A stretch of 64,000 nucleotides of DNA from Octopus vulgaris (GCA_951406725.2 OX597826.1:58652001-58716000); one strand, 5' to 3'; counted from the stretch's first letter, positions 1-14,081 are shown. The notes: generated by a model from the letters alone, not told the origin. A program made the numbers and translations.

Positions 1-895
1 TGTCATTGGCGACGGTTTCCTTTTGATCATCACTGTCATCATCGTCATAATCATCATTAATCTCATCATTATTAGTAGCAGCAGTAGCACCAACATCATC
101 ATCACGGTAACCGAAATAACACCACTACCACCACCACCACCACCATCACCAAATTGCTATTACCATAACTACCACCACTAGCACTACTACCAACACCACC
201 ACCTTCATTCTCTACCACCGTCAATATTTCCTTTCCTGAACATCACTACTGTCACTACCACCACCACCACCACCACCACCACTACCACCATAATCATCAT
301 CATCACCATCATTATTACCGTCCTTACCATCACCACTACCATCAGACCACCAACAATCTCCACCACCACTATCACCACCATCTCTACCACCTCCACCATT
401 CTCATCATCACCATTACCACTACCATCAGACCAACACCACCACCACCACCACCATAACACCGCCACCAGCACCAGCACCACCAACACCATCACCATCATT
501 GCCATCACCACTACCATCGGACCACCACCAACACCACCACCACCATCTTCATCATCACCATCACCACCACCACCACCACCATCACCATCATCATAATCAT
601 CATCATCACCATCAGACTACCACCACCATCATTATTACCATCTTTACCATCACCACTACCATCAGATCACCAACAACCTCCACCACCACTACCACCACAA
701 TCACTATCACTTCCCACCACCATCATCATCATCATCATCATCACCACTACCATCAGACCACCTCCACCAGCACCATCACCAGCACCAGCAGCAGCACCAC
801 CACCACCACCACCACCACCACCACCACCATCATCACCATCACCACTACCATCAGACCACCACCACCATCAACACCGCCACCCCACCTCCACCTCT
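1..895. repeat. Cryptic (CAC/CAT/ACT)n trinucleotide tract with internal higher-order duplication
   Basis: Degenerate CAC/CAT runs. Block catcattattacc..caccactaccatcaga..accaacaa occurs at ~307-375 and again at ~627-695. Confidence 0.95.
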
Positions 896-1706
896 TTGAC
901 ACGAACTTATATTCAGAATAAAACCTGAAACGTATGACTGAACTCGTATAAATATTTACGGGTGAGTGCGGGATTTACTCAACATTAATTAATTCACGGG
1001 AGTTCACAATAGACGTCAGATATTTGGATATAGACGCACAGACAGACAAACGAATTTTCTCAAGATAGCTGCCATATTGACTAAGATATAGAATCAGATA
1101 AGTTATACGTATCATTACATTCATTCATCCATCCGATAACTTCCTTTATACCACATCGATATATTCTCTTCATCCATTAATACATAAGTTTTATTTTCCT
1201 AAAATCACGTCTTTATTGATTTATTCGTTCAATCATTCATTTATTTTTGTCATAATCTATATGCGTTCTTAAAGGCGATTAATGGCAGAATTGAATGATA
1301 TTCGTTCCAACTCCTATCGTTATGAGTTCGTATCGTGCCGATGTCAATTATCACCTTTCATTGTTAAATTTATTGGCGATAAATAAAGCAACGTTTTTGT
1401 ACAAGGGACGACTTAATCCACTAATCCTTTCCATCAAGAACTGCTGGTTTTGTTGCAAAATTACAGGCGATCACGTTTAGCTTTTTCCCCTTTATCAATG
1501 TTCCCCGGTAATGTTCAAATTTCATGCTGTCAAATAGTACAGCAGCTACCACCATCACCACAACCTGCAATACCAGCACCTCTCTCAACCATCAACACCA
1601 CCACTACCACTACCACTACGACTACCACCACGCCGCCGCCGCCACCATCACCGCCGCCACCACCACCACCACCACCTCCACCACCAGCTGCAGCAGCAGC
1701 AGCAGC

Positions 1707-1957
1707 AGCTATGATGCTCTTCCACTTCTTCTGCTCGTGATCAGAGATGCACATATCAACAGCCACTAAGGGACATGCTCAACTAGTTAAGGTCAAGCAA
1801 TTGACAAGAAAATTTGTGGTATTGAGCAGAATACTTGCTGTAACCCATCTTTTATACCAAGACAAAATTTACATGATTACACATGCAATCGGTTAAGATC
1901 AGAAGCCATGAGAACCACTGCCTGGTACTGCAACAGAGCATTTATTATTATTATTAT
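1707..1957 (+). mobile_element. Unclassified retroposon 3' part with (ATT)n tail, copy 1
   Basis: gctatgatgctc..gtgatcagagatgcacatatc..ggtattgagcagaata..gttaagatcagaagccatg..catttattattatt. Homologous to 2480-2765 (+) and 12898-13218 (-). Confidence 0.8.
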
Positions 1958-2472
1958 CCTATGTTTGACTTTTGCTTTACATTTGTACAAGTTGGCTCTA
2001 AGTCTCCCCCAGAGACCTCAAGAGACAACAAGTCGGAAGTTCATGTTGGTGTTATGCCTAGGGTGCCATATATATGGTTTTGTACTCAGTGTTGTACTAG
2101 TGAATATCTAAAAAACATACGAAAATTATGTTTGTCTTAAAACTTAAGATTACATGGAAAGTATTTTGCGTAGGATATGAGCAGTTCCATGAGCACTATC
2201 TTTTGAATTTCTGCCATTTTGGGTTTCCTGATATCTGAGTTAAGTAGCAATCAGCCCCTTTTGCTATCATTCCCAGGGCACCTATGATAACAGGTATTGT
2301 TTTAGTCTTCAGGTTCCACATTTTGCTGATTTCTATTTCAAGATCTTTATATTTGCTCAGATTTTGGTAGGTCTTGGCAGATACGTTTATATCGATTGGG
2401 ACAGTCATATCAATGAGGAGGCATGTTTTTTGTCTGAAGTCTTTCAATATGATGTCTGGCCTATTTGCATCT
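1942..2472 (-). mobile_element. R4/Dong-clade non-LTR retrotransposon 3' end (restriction-like endonuclease domain plus 3' UTR)
   Basis: Minus strand reads DANRPDIILKDFRQKTCLLIDMTVPIDINVSAK..LSKYKDLEIEISKMWNLKTKTIPVIIGALG. This matches the PD..D..K..KY RLE motif. Ends in (AAT)n. Confidence 0.85.
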
Positions 2473-2479
2473 TTTATAT

Positions 2480-2735
2480 ATGGCTATGATGCTCCCCGAC
2501 TACTTCTGTTCGTGATCAGAGATGCACATATCGTCAGCCAATAAGGGACATGCTCAACCGGTTAAGGTCAATCAACTGACAACCAAGCAACTGACAATCA
2601 AATCTGTGGTATTGAGCAGAATATTAGCTGTAACCCATCTTTTATACCAAAACAAAACAATGTACATGACAACACTTGCAACCAGTTAAGATCAGAAACC
2701 ATGTGAGCCACTCACTGATACTGTATCAGGACATT

Positions 2736-2765
<30 letters not shown>
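2480..2765 (+). mobile_element. Unclassified retroposon 3' part with (ATT)n tail, copy 2
   Basis: Near copy of 1707-1957, with a small internal duplication of caactgacaa. Confidence 0.8.
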
Positions 2766-3012
<247 letters not shown>

Positions 3013-3308
3013 ATTTGCTCGACAGAGTCTCAAAGCGCGAGAGTCTCCTGTAATGCACTAATCATGAAACTCTTAGCGCATGAGTCGCTATATTCTGTCT
3101 TAGAAGTAGAAAAATATATACACGTACTTATGTATTGAGTCCTCTTCAACCTGTTTTGCACTACCAAGCCTATATATTAATCTAAATTTTTTTACTGATC
3201 TATCAACTACCACCACTAGCACTACCACTACTGTGTGTATGTATATATCTATACATATACACATACATACATGCATATATGTATGTGTGTGTATACACTC
3301 AGACAGAA

Positions 3309-3344
<36 letters not shown>

Positions 3345-3453
3345 GTATGTATTTATGTATATATTTACATGTATATATATGTATATCTATATATGTATGT
3401 GCGTGTGTTTGCGTGTGTACGCACACATGCATATCTTTGTAAATACCTATACG

Positions 3454-3499
<46 letters not shown>

Positions 3500-3679
3500 G
3501 TTTATATATGCAGTATCTTTATTCTTAAGGTTTGATAACGAGTCGTAAACAATTTTCACTGATTCCTATCAGAAATAACCGTTGCTGTTTCTGCTTGTTG
3601 AAATGTAGGTTAGCAACATGATACTGTTTAAGGCATAACTTGAGGTAATTAACCACATTTATGAAAGATGCATGGATAG

Positions 3680-3760
<81 letters not shown>

Positions 3761-4005
3761 ATATGTTGATATTGGATAGAAGACGGCAGGCAATCACACA
3801 TTGAATAGTACACACAAACGCACACAAGTAGACACACTCGTGTGCAGGTACACACACAGAAGTACAAACACAGATGCAGATACAAGCGCGCTCGTGCTTA
3901 TATACACTATAAATTCTCGTCACTACTCGTCACCGCCTCTCACATATATATATATGCATGTATGTATGTATGCATATATATATATATATATATATAAATA
4001 CACAC

Positions 4006-4051
<46 letters not shown>

Positions 4052-4619
4052 TTATGTATGGAAATATACATATTTATTATACGCACCTCTAGACATACAT
4101 ACACACACACACGCATATATATATATATATATTCATATACGTATCAACATTGATAATAGATAGGTATATACATATATTCATACATACAGATATCCATAAA
4201 TAAATGCATATATACTTGCATGCATCCAACCATACCTCCATCCATCCATCCATCCATCCATACCTACATACATACATACATACATACATACATACATACA
4301 TACATACATACGTACATACATACGTACGTACATACATACATGCCTACATACATGCATACATGCATGCATGCATGCATTCATACGAGGATAGATTAGATAG
4401 ATATTTGTATGGGCAAAATAATTGTTTCTCTATGGGTTGCTCCTTCAGTGTATCAAGAAATATTTCAAAGACAAGACGGATCGAGTCGAAAAATAATCAC
4501 TATTTAATCTTTATCACGTCGTTCTAGGTACTATTTGTCGTAGCCACTCAATTTGATTTTATGCTACGTCGACAAATTTGAAGATGTTCCCACCAAGTTT
4601 TTTCTATTCTTCTTTGAGA

Positions 4620-5198
4620 CCATGTCACAGTACTCTGAAATGAGAAATCCTGTTTATAATGTGTCGAAATTGCCTTGAATTTCATTCAACAGCGGATGAG
4701 AGAATACGTTTCCTATGTTTGCAGCTTGTCTTGCGTCATTTACCTGCTGTCGGAAACGACGATGGTTAGCAATCAATGGCAAAAAAGGAATCCAGTCCGA
4801 AAATATTTGTGTTCTTTGACTGGGTGAATATGAAGGGTGTCGTCTGTCATGAAGTGTTAGACCAAAACGAGACGTTGCACAAAAAATTCCAGCAAAGGCT
4901 CCAGCCATTGGTCAATGATAAAGCGATAATTTTCAGACGATACTACAAGACCAGTACTGACCGAGGCACTCAGTAAAAGATTATGGTATATGGAAGTTTA
5001 CCTTATGTCCCTCACGCCCCTGGCCTTCCTACATCTAACTGTCATAGAAGGAAAATAGTTTACTAGTTGTGAAGAAGTTAAAAATGCTGTTCAACGTACC
5101 TTTGCTTGGAAACCCGAGGAATTTTGTATCCGAAGGTTTAATAATTCCCCTAATAAACAGGATTGCGTATTGAATAACGAAGAGATATTAAATTGATT
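4620..5198 (+). pseudogene. Decayed mariner transposase
   Basis: Fragments RKRRWLA, AKKESSPKIFVFFDWVNMKGVVCHEVLDQNETL, EVLPYVPHAPGLPTSNCH (compare PHPPYSPDLAPSDYH) and GK*FTSCEEVKNAVQRTFAWKPEEF. Contains stops and frameshifts. Confidence 0.8.
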
Positions 5199-5200
5199 AT

Positions 5201-5606
5201 AGGCGCAGAAGTGGCTGTGTGGTAAAGTAGCTTGCTTACCAACAACATGATTCTGGGTTCATTCCCACTGAGTGGTACCTTGGGCAAATGTTTTCTACTA
5301 TAGCCTTGTAAGTGGATTTGGTGGACGGAGACTGAAAGAAGCCTGTCGTATATATGTATATATATATATGTATGTGTGTGTATGTGTTTGTGTGTGTATA
5401 TGTTTGTGTGTCTGTGTTTGTCACCCCAATATCGCTTGATAACCGATGGTGGTGCGTTTACGTCCCCGTAAATTAGAGGTTCGGCATAAGAGACCGATAG
5501 AATAAGTACTAAGCTTACAAAGAATAAGTCCTGGGGTCGATTTGCTCGACTAAAGGCGGTGCTCCAGCATGGCCGCAGTCAAATGACTGAAACAAATAAA
5601 AGAGTG
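5201..5606 (+). mobile_element. tRNA-derived SINE, family A (CORE-like, internal microsatellite)
   Basis: A box gtggctgtgtggtaa, B box ggttcattccc, ccttgggcaaatg core, (TA/TG)n middle, tail ccagcatggccgcagtc..tgactgaaac. Multiple copies in the window. Confidence 0.9.
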
Positions 5607-5777
5607 TGAAAAGAGTGATGAAGTATATCAATTAAGACCACACAAGAATTTGTTTCTTTCTTGTTTTTTAATGTGATAGAACTTTCTTTCCAACGTAAGA
5701 TATGTGCGCGCACACACACACGCACACACCACTCTTACACACTGATACAGACAGACACAGACATACACATACACACA

Positions 5778-5817
<40 letters not shown>

Positions 5818-6803
5818 TAAAAGTGTAGTGACTGTACATTTAGCACCACTGTGTAAATAGACTATCTGGTTAAAACACAAAGGTTCCCTCGGATAACAGC
5901 TTCACCAGGGTTTAATTTTGGCTTTGTCGACACCTCGCGAGTATCTATCGCTTCCACTCTACCGATATGTAACTTCCAGCTACTTATAAAATATGCAGCA
6001 AAGAAGTGCAGTAACTTTCTTTCATTTGCGTATCAGTTTGTAGTATCTCTGTTGCTCGCCTGTTAATTAAAATAACGAAACAGAGTTAGTTCTTATTAAA
6101 AAAAAAAACTCTATTAGTTAATTAACACCTCTATAGCTGACGTACTTTACTGAAGTTAACAACGAATATTACTCATTGCATTTTTAATAAATAACTAACG
6201 ACTGCAATACGGAGCAAAGTCACCATTGATAATTTTGTAAAATACATATGAAACCACACAAGTTATTCTCCAGTCCATTTTCTAAGGCTGGCTCTGCATT
6301 CCTGTTTCAACAATGAGGTTAGATTTATATTCATTAATAATAAATACATGTCTCACGAAAGACATGACAGCCAAAAACCATTAGAGTAGAGTTCTGTACC
6401 ATAAATACAAAATTCTAGGCCCTACATATACGACGCACTTATTTCAAAGGTCAGTACTTCGTATATGTGAAGAGAAATTATGTTAAGTAATAAGAAATAA
6501 CTGGACAAAATATTCTCTATAGTGTTATCTAAAATATAAAGCGAGAAGGGGAGATAACTTCTTTAAGGCATAAGAAGGATATAAATTAAGGTGTGTTGCA
6601 CATACACTCACTCACACACACGCACAGGCCGCCATGACGCACATACACTTTTGTATATATATATATACACATAGGTACACGCACACACACACACACACAT
6701 GCATATATATGTTGTATATATGTATACTGTAGGTTGGTAGGTAGGTAGGTAGGTAGGTAGGTAGGCATATATGTACATGTATGTGTGTGTGTGTGTGTGT
6801 TTG

Positions 6804-6881
<78 letters not shown>

Positions 6882-7249
6882 GAAATCACACGATGCAGCA
6901 TTGGATTAAATATACTCGTGCAATGTTCACTTTCGCGTACATTCGGACATGAGAATTAATATTCGTTTCGAAATAATCTCGGAAGAAAATTCTCCACCTA
7001 GACGACATTCGTAAAATCACATAAGAGTTTTGAAAGACGTCAATGGATCGTAGGATGCAGCATTTCTGCGTTGATACGTACCATCAGATACGAATCCTTG
7101 ATCTGCTTTTCGCAACCCGAAAAGAACGTTTCGTTCTTATACTGAAACACAAAACTGCCATTCGCTGAAGTGCATAAAGTTTTGTCAGACTAGAATTAAT
7201 TAGCTAATGCCGCACGAAGCATCGTTGAATAAAATATATTCGTGTTTTC

Positions 7250-7797
7250 ACACGTACTTTTTTCAATATGAGAATATGCCTCTTATAACATCATTTCTTG
7301 TTTTTACTTCTTTCGTCTCCTTTGATTTAACACTTTCAGATATCTCCCAGCCATTTAGTTCCTGTGATACTAACAGGCAAGCAATCATCCACAGTAATAA
7401 ACGTCTCAAAGTTTGGATCCGGAGGAAAATCTTTTATCGCTGAAACCAAGGTTCATAAATGTTGAGTGTCGTTACCGTATTCGTTTTCTTTCCAACGTAT
7501 TTCATCATCGCTCAAAATTGTTTCTGAAGACGTGACAAAATCATTTTATTTTTCCAGTATTCTATATTTGTTTTGTATTTCATTTCCCACCACGCTGTTA
7601 TCATGTCAATCGCTCATTTAATATCAGCTGCTGGAATTTTCTCATCACGGCTCATATTAAAAAGCAACTTTTTCAACAGCTTTTATTTTCTGTAATGGCT
7701 TTTCAAGGCGCTTGTTATTTCGAGATTCAACAGTTGTAGAATTGCAGATCAATTTGGCGGAAGATACACAGCCTGAACATTATCTAAATAAGCCAGT
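7250..7797 (-). pseudogene. pogo/Tigger transposase remnant (DDE C-terminal half)
   Basis: Minus strand LAYLDNVQAVYLPPN*SAILQLLNLEITSALKSHYRK (compare FLPPNTTSxLQPLDxGII..K..YRK), then AIDMITAWW and FITVDDCLP. Confidence 0.7.
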
Positions 7798-8159
7798 TTG
7801 CTATATGCAGAGCATATAGTAAGGGTTTTTTTTGTTTCATTTTCATTATTAACCAAGGGTCAAAATATCTCTCTCCTCACCCAACCAATTTTGTAGCCAT
7901 AACAGTCAACATTTATAAAGCATCTTGGATTTTATTTTTTTTGATTTGCCAATAACAATGAGATGTTACTTCTCCGTTCCCATCGTGTTGCAGCAAAAAA
8001 GCACTGCTAATGAGAGTTTCAACTTAAATTGCAGGGACCCCCTTCGGCTTCTACAATGCGATAAGAAAACAGCTAATAATAATAAAAGAAAAATGTAAAA
8101 ATATAAACCAACTCACAAACTACATTTGCATTAAATATATCTTCACTGTTGTGTCTTCA

Positions 8160-8338
8160 TGTACGGCCACGCTGGGGCACCACCTTGAAAAATTTATAGT
8201 CGACTGACTCAACTCCATTACTTATTTCCTTTTAAGCTTGGCACTTATACCGAAATGCTAATGTTTATGTTACGTGGACGTAAACACATCACCACCGGTT
8301 GTCAAGCAGTAGGAGAACAAACATAGTCACAAAGACAC
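8160..8338 (-). mobile_element. SINE family A 3' half, degenerate
   Basis: cggccacgctggggcaccacc..gacgtaaacacatcaccaccggttgtcaagc. Confidence 0.7.
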
Positions 8339-8976
8339 ACACACACACACTATTATTACTATTATTCATAATGATAATTTTTTCCTTTTATATATATAAA
8401 AGGAGAAAATTATCATTATAAATAATAGTAATAATGTCAGTGGCCTGCATGCAATTAAAAGGTAAAAATTAATATAGATTTATAATTATGTATAAACATA
8501 TATAAGCATAATGAATGGTACTTGGAAAAAGTACCAGTTTATCCGTAAAATGTAGGCTAAATTTATTTTGCTCATTTCCTCGCATTCACCTGTGCAAAAC
8601 AGTGAAATAGGTGGTTTAGAGTCTTTTTGACTTCTATTTCTAGCATGTTGGTACTATTTCCAAATACCCTTCATTATGATTATATATTTTTATATATAAT
8701 TATCTATATTTGTATGTATATGCGCACACAAACACACACACAAACATTTATACATACACACACACACGCATACACACAGACACACACATACACATATATA
8801 TATGAATATATGTACACATGCTCACACAAGCACGCACACACACGCATACATATTACACTCAAATGTTAAGTATATTTCACAGTACAAAGCGAAATATTTC
8901 AATACAGTTAGTTTATAGGTTAATATATACAGGTTTGCTTGAGCATATGAGAGTGTGTGAGTGCGGATATACATAC

Positions 8977-9018
<42 letters not shown>

Positions 9019-9059
9019 TTATGAATGTGGGTATGTATTTCTCTCTCTCTCTCTACTCT

Positions 9060-9099
<40 letters not shown>

Positions 9100-9199
9100 C
9101 ATATATATATATACATGTATATATATATATATGTAAATATATATATACATATATAAATATATATATATATATATATACATACATATATATACATATATG

Positions 9200-9245
<46 letters not shown>

Positions 9246-9286
9246 TATATACATGTATATAAATGTATATATATATATATATATAT

Positions 9287-9317
<31 letters not shown>

Positions 9318-9955
9318 AGAAAGAGAGAGAGACAGGGAGCGAGAGAGAGAGACAAACAGATAGACAGAAAGAGGAAGGAAGAGGAAAAGAAATACATAAA
9401 CTACACAGACACAAAATGAAGTGTATACATATTCAGATATTCACGTTCGAACGCACACACTTCCAACCAGCCAGACACATCCGAAACACCAACCTGTGTC
9501 TCATACATTAGATATAAATCAAAAATATTTTACCACTACCGCCACCATTTTAATCACAACTGTTGTCACTGTAGCCGTCGCGTCCTTATCGCCACCTCGG
9601 TCGCCCTTCATTATCAGAAACAACAAGCATAGGACAAGCTCGTATATTACAGACGGAAACTTGGACGTGTAGCCGGCTGCGCCCCGCCATCATCATCATC
9701 GTCAGGGGGCCATCGTTATCGCCGTCGTCTCCACCAACAACGACGGCATCAATTATTAATCACAAACAAAAGAACGTCAAGAATTGGCGCACCAAGCTGT
9801 ACCCACCGACACCTCTGACACTGCTGTCTATAAAACTCTGCGCACCACCTTGACATACATACATACATACATACATACATACATACATACATACATGCAC
9901 ACATATATTTATATATGTTTATATATGTAATTATGTATATATATGTGCGTGTATG

Positions 9956-9991
<36 letters not shown>

Positions 9992-10001
9992 CGTATGCAT
10001 G

Positions 10002-10062
<61 letters not shown>

Positions 10063-10069
10063 ATGTATG

Positions 10070-10105
<36 letters not shown>

Positions 10106-10139
10106 TGTATGTATGTATGTATGTATGTATGTGTGTGTG

Positions 10140-10216
<77 letters not shown>

Positions 10217-10872
10217 AAATATATCGTGGTGGTGTGTCGGGGAATAGTATATAACTATATATTTATATATACACTTATCTTTTTGTGCACTGAAGCCTGT
10301 CGGAATAATTCGTAATTTACGAGCCAGATATTAGTTTAAATTTGGGCCATAAAACTAAAACATATCTTATCGAGCCATCGCTATTTTCAATAACCTTTGA
10401 TGAAACGACCACCGACCTATGTCTTTCTTCCCCTCCTTTGTTCGCAAAATGGCTGACGTTTTACGCCATTGTTCTACATCTATTTGACTGAGTAATGACG
10501 TGTATTACCTGTAGGAGCAATAAACGTGTGAACACATCGGGAGCCCAAATAATAAATAAATAAACTGATATAACAATAAATAAAAATTGGGGGCGGGAAA
10601 CCTCGTGTCTTTGATAATCGGACGGCGAAAGATAGTTGCGATAATTGTAAGGTTCGGTATTAAAATATATTACTAGTTTTAAGATGGTGGTGGAGGGTTG
10701 TTATATTATGCTTTTGATTATTGATTTTATTTCTTCTTTTGTTGTCCTGGTTTTATTTCATTTAATATTAATATTTCGTGGCAGTTTCTCGTATGTAGGA
10801 GGAAGGGGTTATGGTCGTCATCACTGCTCTCTCCGCTTGACAACACTGTTGGTTAGTTTATATTTCCGTAAT

Positions 10873-11103
10873 AAGGCGGCGAGCTGGCAGAAACGTTAGC
10901 ACGCCGGGCGAAATGCGTAGCTGTATTTCGTCTGCCGTTACGTTCTGAGTTCAAATTCCGCCGAGGTCGACTTTGCCTTTCATCCTTTCGGGGTCGATAA
11001 ATCAAGTACCTGTTACGCACTGGGGTCGATGTAATCTACTTAACCCGTTTGTCTGTCTGTTTATCCCCTCTGTGTTTAGCCCCTTGTGGGTAGTAAAGAA
11101 ATA
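10873..11103 (+). mobile_element. tRNA-derived SINE, family B (Meta-domain-like core), nested in an older family A tail
   Basis: aaggcggcgagctggcagaa..gagttcaaattcc..gcctttcatcctttcggggtcgataaa. 14-bp TSD TATATTTCCGTAAT at 10859-10872 and 11104-11117. Confidence 0.9.
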
Positions 11104-11249
11104 TATATTTCCGTAATTTAGCGTTTTGGCATAGAGTGATTAAATCAGTACCACGATTTAAGAAAAATACGTAGTGGGTTTGACATCTATAACATCGATG
11201 CCACAGCATGGCCGCAGTCGAAAGTCTGAAAGAAGAATAAGAGTTACCA

Positions 11250-11390
11250 CAGAAGGCTCGGACTGGGTGATGTGTGTGCTTATGAGCGAAACATCTTAGC
11301 TCCACGCGGCTCCGGCAGAAAGTAATGGCGAACTTCTGATGACACTTTCGCCACAACTTTCTCTCACTCTTTCCTCCTGCTTCTTGCAGC
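11250..11390 (+). mobile_element. SINE family C internal fragment
   Basis: tgagcgaaacatcttagctccacgcggctccggcag..cacaactttctctcactctt matches 63480-63580. Confidence 0.65.
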
Positions 11391-11401
11391 TTTCCTGAGA
11401 C

Positions 11402-11517
11402 GGTTCCGGGTTCAGTCCCACTACGTGGCACCTGAGGCAAGTGTCTTCTACTATAACCTCGGCCCGACAAATAACTTGTGAGTGGATTTGGTAGATGGAA
11501 ACTGAAAGAACCCTGTC

Positions 11518-11594
<77 letters not shown>

Positions 11595-11730
11595 TTTCTA
11601 TCTATTTCAGTCTATCAATCCACTCACAAGTCTTTGATCAGCCTGAGGCTAGAGGTGCCACGCAGTGAAACTGAACACGGAACCATCTGGTTGAGAAGCA
11701 AACTTCTTACCACGAAGCTACGCCTACGTC
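11402..11730. mobile_element. Two family A SINE 5' halves in inverted orientation around a (TA)n(TG)n tract
   Basis: Plus copy 11402-11520 (ggttccgggttcagtcccact..ttgtgagtggattt). Minus copy 11590-11730 (aatccactcacaag..actgaacacggaacc). Confidence 0.8.
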
Positions 11731-11804
11731 TATGCCTTCCCCCCACATTAAACACTTACATACAGATATACATAAATCTATCTAAATATATATGTGTATG
11801 TGTG

Positions 11805-11848
<44 letters not shown>

Positions 11849-12391
11849 ATAGGTAAATATATACACACATACACTTCGCGTACACACACACATACACACA
11901 ATCGTAACATCTGATTGATGAGTAGTATTGTAGGCAGCTTGGTACCCGCCGGGTGGCAGTTTAACGAGAGTCGTCTACCCTGCTTGATACCTGCAACTCT
12001 TTATACATCAGGTACATTTTTTATCTGAGCAACAGGTGTGATTGTTTTGTGATGTTGCCAATATATATTACCCTACCTGTAAAATGAGACCCATTCTGGC
12101 ATTAATATTAAAACCTCCGCAGTAAGCAGTCGGGTTATTACAGTGTATCACATGGCTTATACCCGGGGTGTGAGCGTGTGATCAGGTATTAAAATAAAAC
12201 ATGCGAAAACAAAGATTAATAATAAAAAAAAAACACAAAAGCGTGAGAAAAAAAACATCATAACAAGGAAGAATTTAGTCAGTGGAATGGATTCGGCTGG
12301 ATAGTCAAACAATCAATAACTGATTTCAAACGCCATCATCATCATCATCATCAACAGCAGCAGCAACAGTAGCATCATCATCATCATCATC

Positions 12392-12443
<52 letters not shown>

Positions 12444-12444
12444 T

Positions 12445-12660
12445 AACAATGGTTTCAAATTTTGCCACAAGGGCAGCAGTTTGGGGGGTAGGAGATGAGT
12501 CGATTGCACTCACCTCAATGTTTAATTGAAACTTTTTTTTTATCGATCCCGAAAGGATGAAATGTAAAGTCGCCTTCGGCGGAATTTGAACTCAGAACGT
12601 GCAGACGGACGAAATGCCGCTGAGCATTTGGCCCAGCGTCCTAGCGATTATGTCAGCTCA
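12445..12660 (-). mobile_element. SINE family B, degenerate
   Basis: tatcgatcccgaaaggatgaaatgtaaagtcgccttcggcggaatttgaactcagaacg. Confidence 0.8.
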
Positions 12661-12733
12661 CAACAACAACAATAACAATAATAATAATAATAATAACAAC
12701 AGCAACACAAACAACAACAACAACAACAACAAC

Positions 12734-12781
<48 letters not shown>

Positions 12782-12896
12782 CCATTCTTCTAAAGGCACA
12801 AGGCCCAGTATTTGACTGGGACCTAAGTTATCGACCTTGAAAGAATGAAAGGCAAAGTCGACCTTGGCGAAATTTGAACTCTGCTAGCTCGCCGCC

Positions 12897-12897
<1 letters not shown>

Positions 12898-12947
<50 letters not shown>

Positions 12948-13218
12948 TACGTTGGTACGGTACTAGGCTGTGACTCTCATGTCTTTTTATCTTAACTAAT
13001 TAGAAGTATCATCATGTATGTGTTTTATCTTGGTGTAAAATATGGACGACTGCAAATATTCTGCTCAATACAACAGATTTGATTGCCATTTGCTTAATCT
13101 TAACCAATTGAACATATCCCTTAGTGGCTGACGATATGTGCATCTCTAATCACGAGAAGTAGTGGGGGAGCATAATTGTTGAGTTTTGAGAAGGACTCTT
13201 TGAAGTTTCAATAATTCA
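12898..13218 (-). mobile_element. Unclassified retroposon 3' part with (ATT)n tail, copy 3
   Basis: Reverse complement of the 1707/2480 family: tattctgctcaatac..cccttagtggctgacgatatgtgcatctct..gggggagcata. Confidence 0.75.
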
Positions 13219-13225
13219 CACGTGG

Positions 13226-13842
13226 AAGGCGGCGAGTTGGCAGAAACGTTAGCACGCCGGGCGAAATTCTTAGCGGTATTTCGTCTGCCGTTACGTTCTG
13301 AGTTCAAATTCCGCCGAGGTTGACTTTGTTTTCATCCTTTCGGGGTCGATAAATTAAGTACCAGTTATGCACTGGGGTCGATATAATTGACTTAATCCGT
13401 TTGTCTGTCCTTGTTTGTCCTCTCTGCGTTTAGCCACTTGTGGGTAGTAAAGAAATAGGTATTTCGTCTGTCTTTACCCTCTGAGTTCATATTCCGCCGA
13501 GGCCGACTTTGCATTTCATCCTTTCGGGGTCTATAAATTAAGTACCAGTTAAGCACTGGGGTCGTTGTAATCGACTTAATCCCTTTATCTGTCCTTGTTT
13601 GTTCCTTCTGTGTTTAGCCCCTTGTGGGCAATAGAGAAACAAGAAACGTTAGCACGCCGGGCGAAATGCTTAGCAGTATTTCTTCTGCCCTTGCGGTCTG
13701 AGTTGAAATTCCGCCGAGGTCTACTTTGCTTTCATCCTTTCGCGGTCGATAAATTAAGTACCAGTTGCGTACTGGGCTCGATCTAATCGACTGGCTCCCT
13801 CCTCCAAAATTTCGTGTCTTGTGCCTAGAGGAAAAAAGAATA
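13226..13842 (+). mobile_element. Tandem trimer of SINE family B
   Basis: Three successive gagttc..ttccgccgagg..ttcatcctttcg..aaattaagtaccagtt units. Confidence 0.9.
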
Positions 13843-13859
13843 TTTCTATTGACTGAAGC

Positions 13860-14081
13860 GTAAATTTAGGGATTTCAGCTAGCCCTACGCACTATGACAT
13901 TCTAGTATATATATACATGACTGTAATCATCATAACATAACTCCAAACTTGCATGTATACCGTCAAGGACCAGGAATTTTTCCTGCAATTTCAGGCCACA
14001 CTGAATTAATTGAAATCTAATACGACTGCATTAAAGCAAAATGTATTAACTATTCACAGAATATATTACATTTACCGCGGA
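13860..14081 (+). repeat. 222-bp direct repeat, copy 1
   Basis: Matches 16261-16482 with 2 substitutions. Confidence 0.95.

Noticed and set aside
4412-4452. Hammerhead on the minus strand (CTGAAGG..GAAAC)
   Set aside because: The core has a mismatch and stems I and II do not close.
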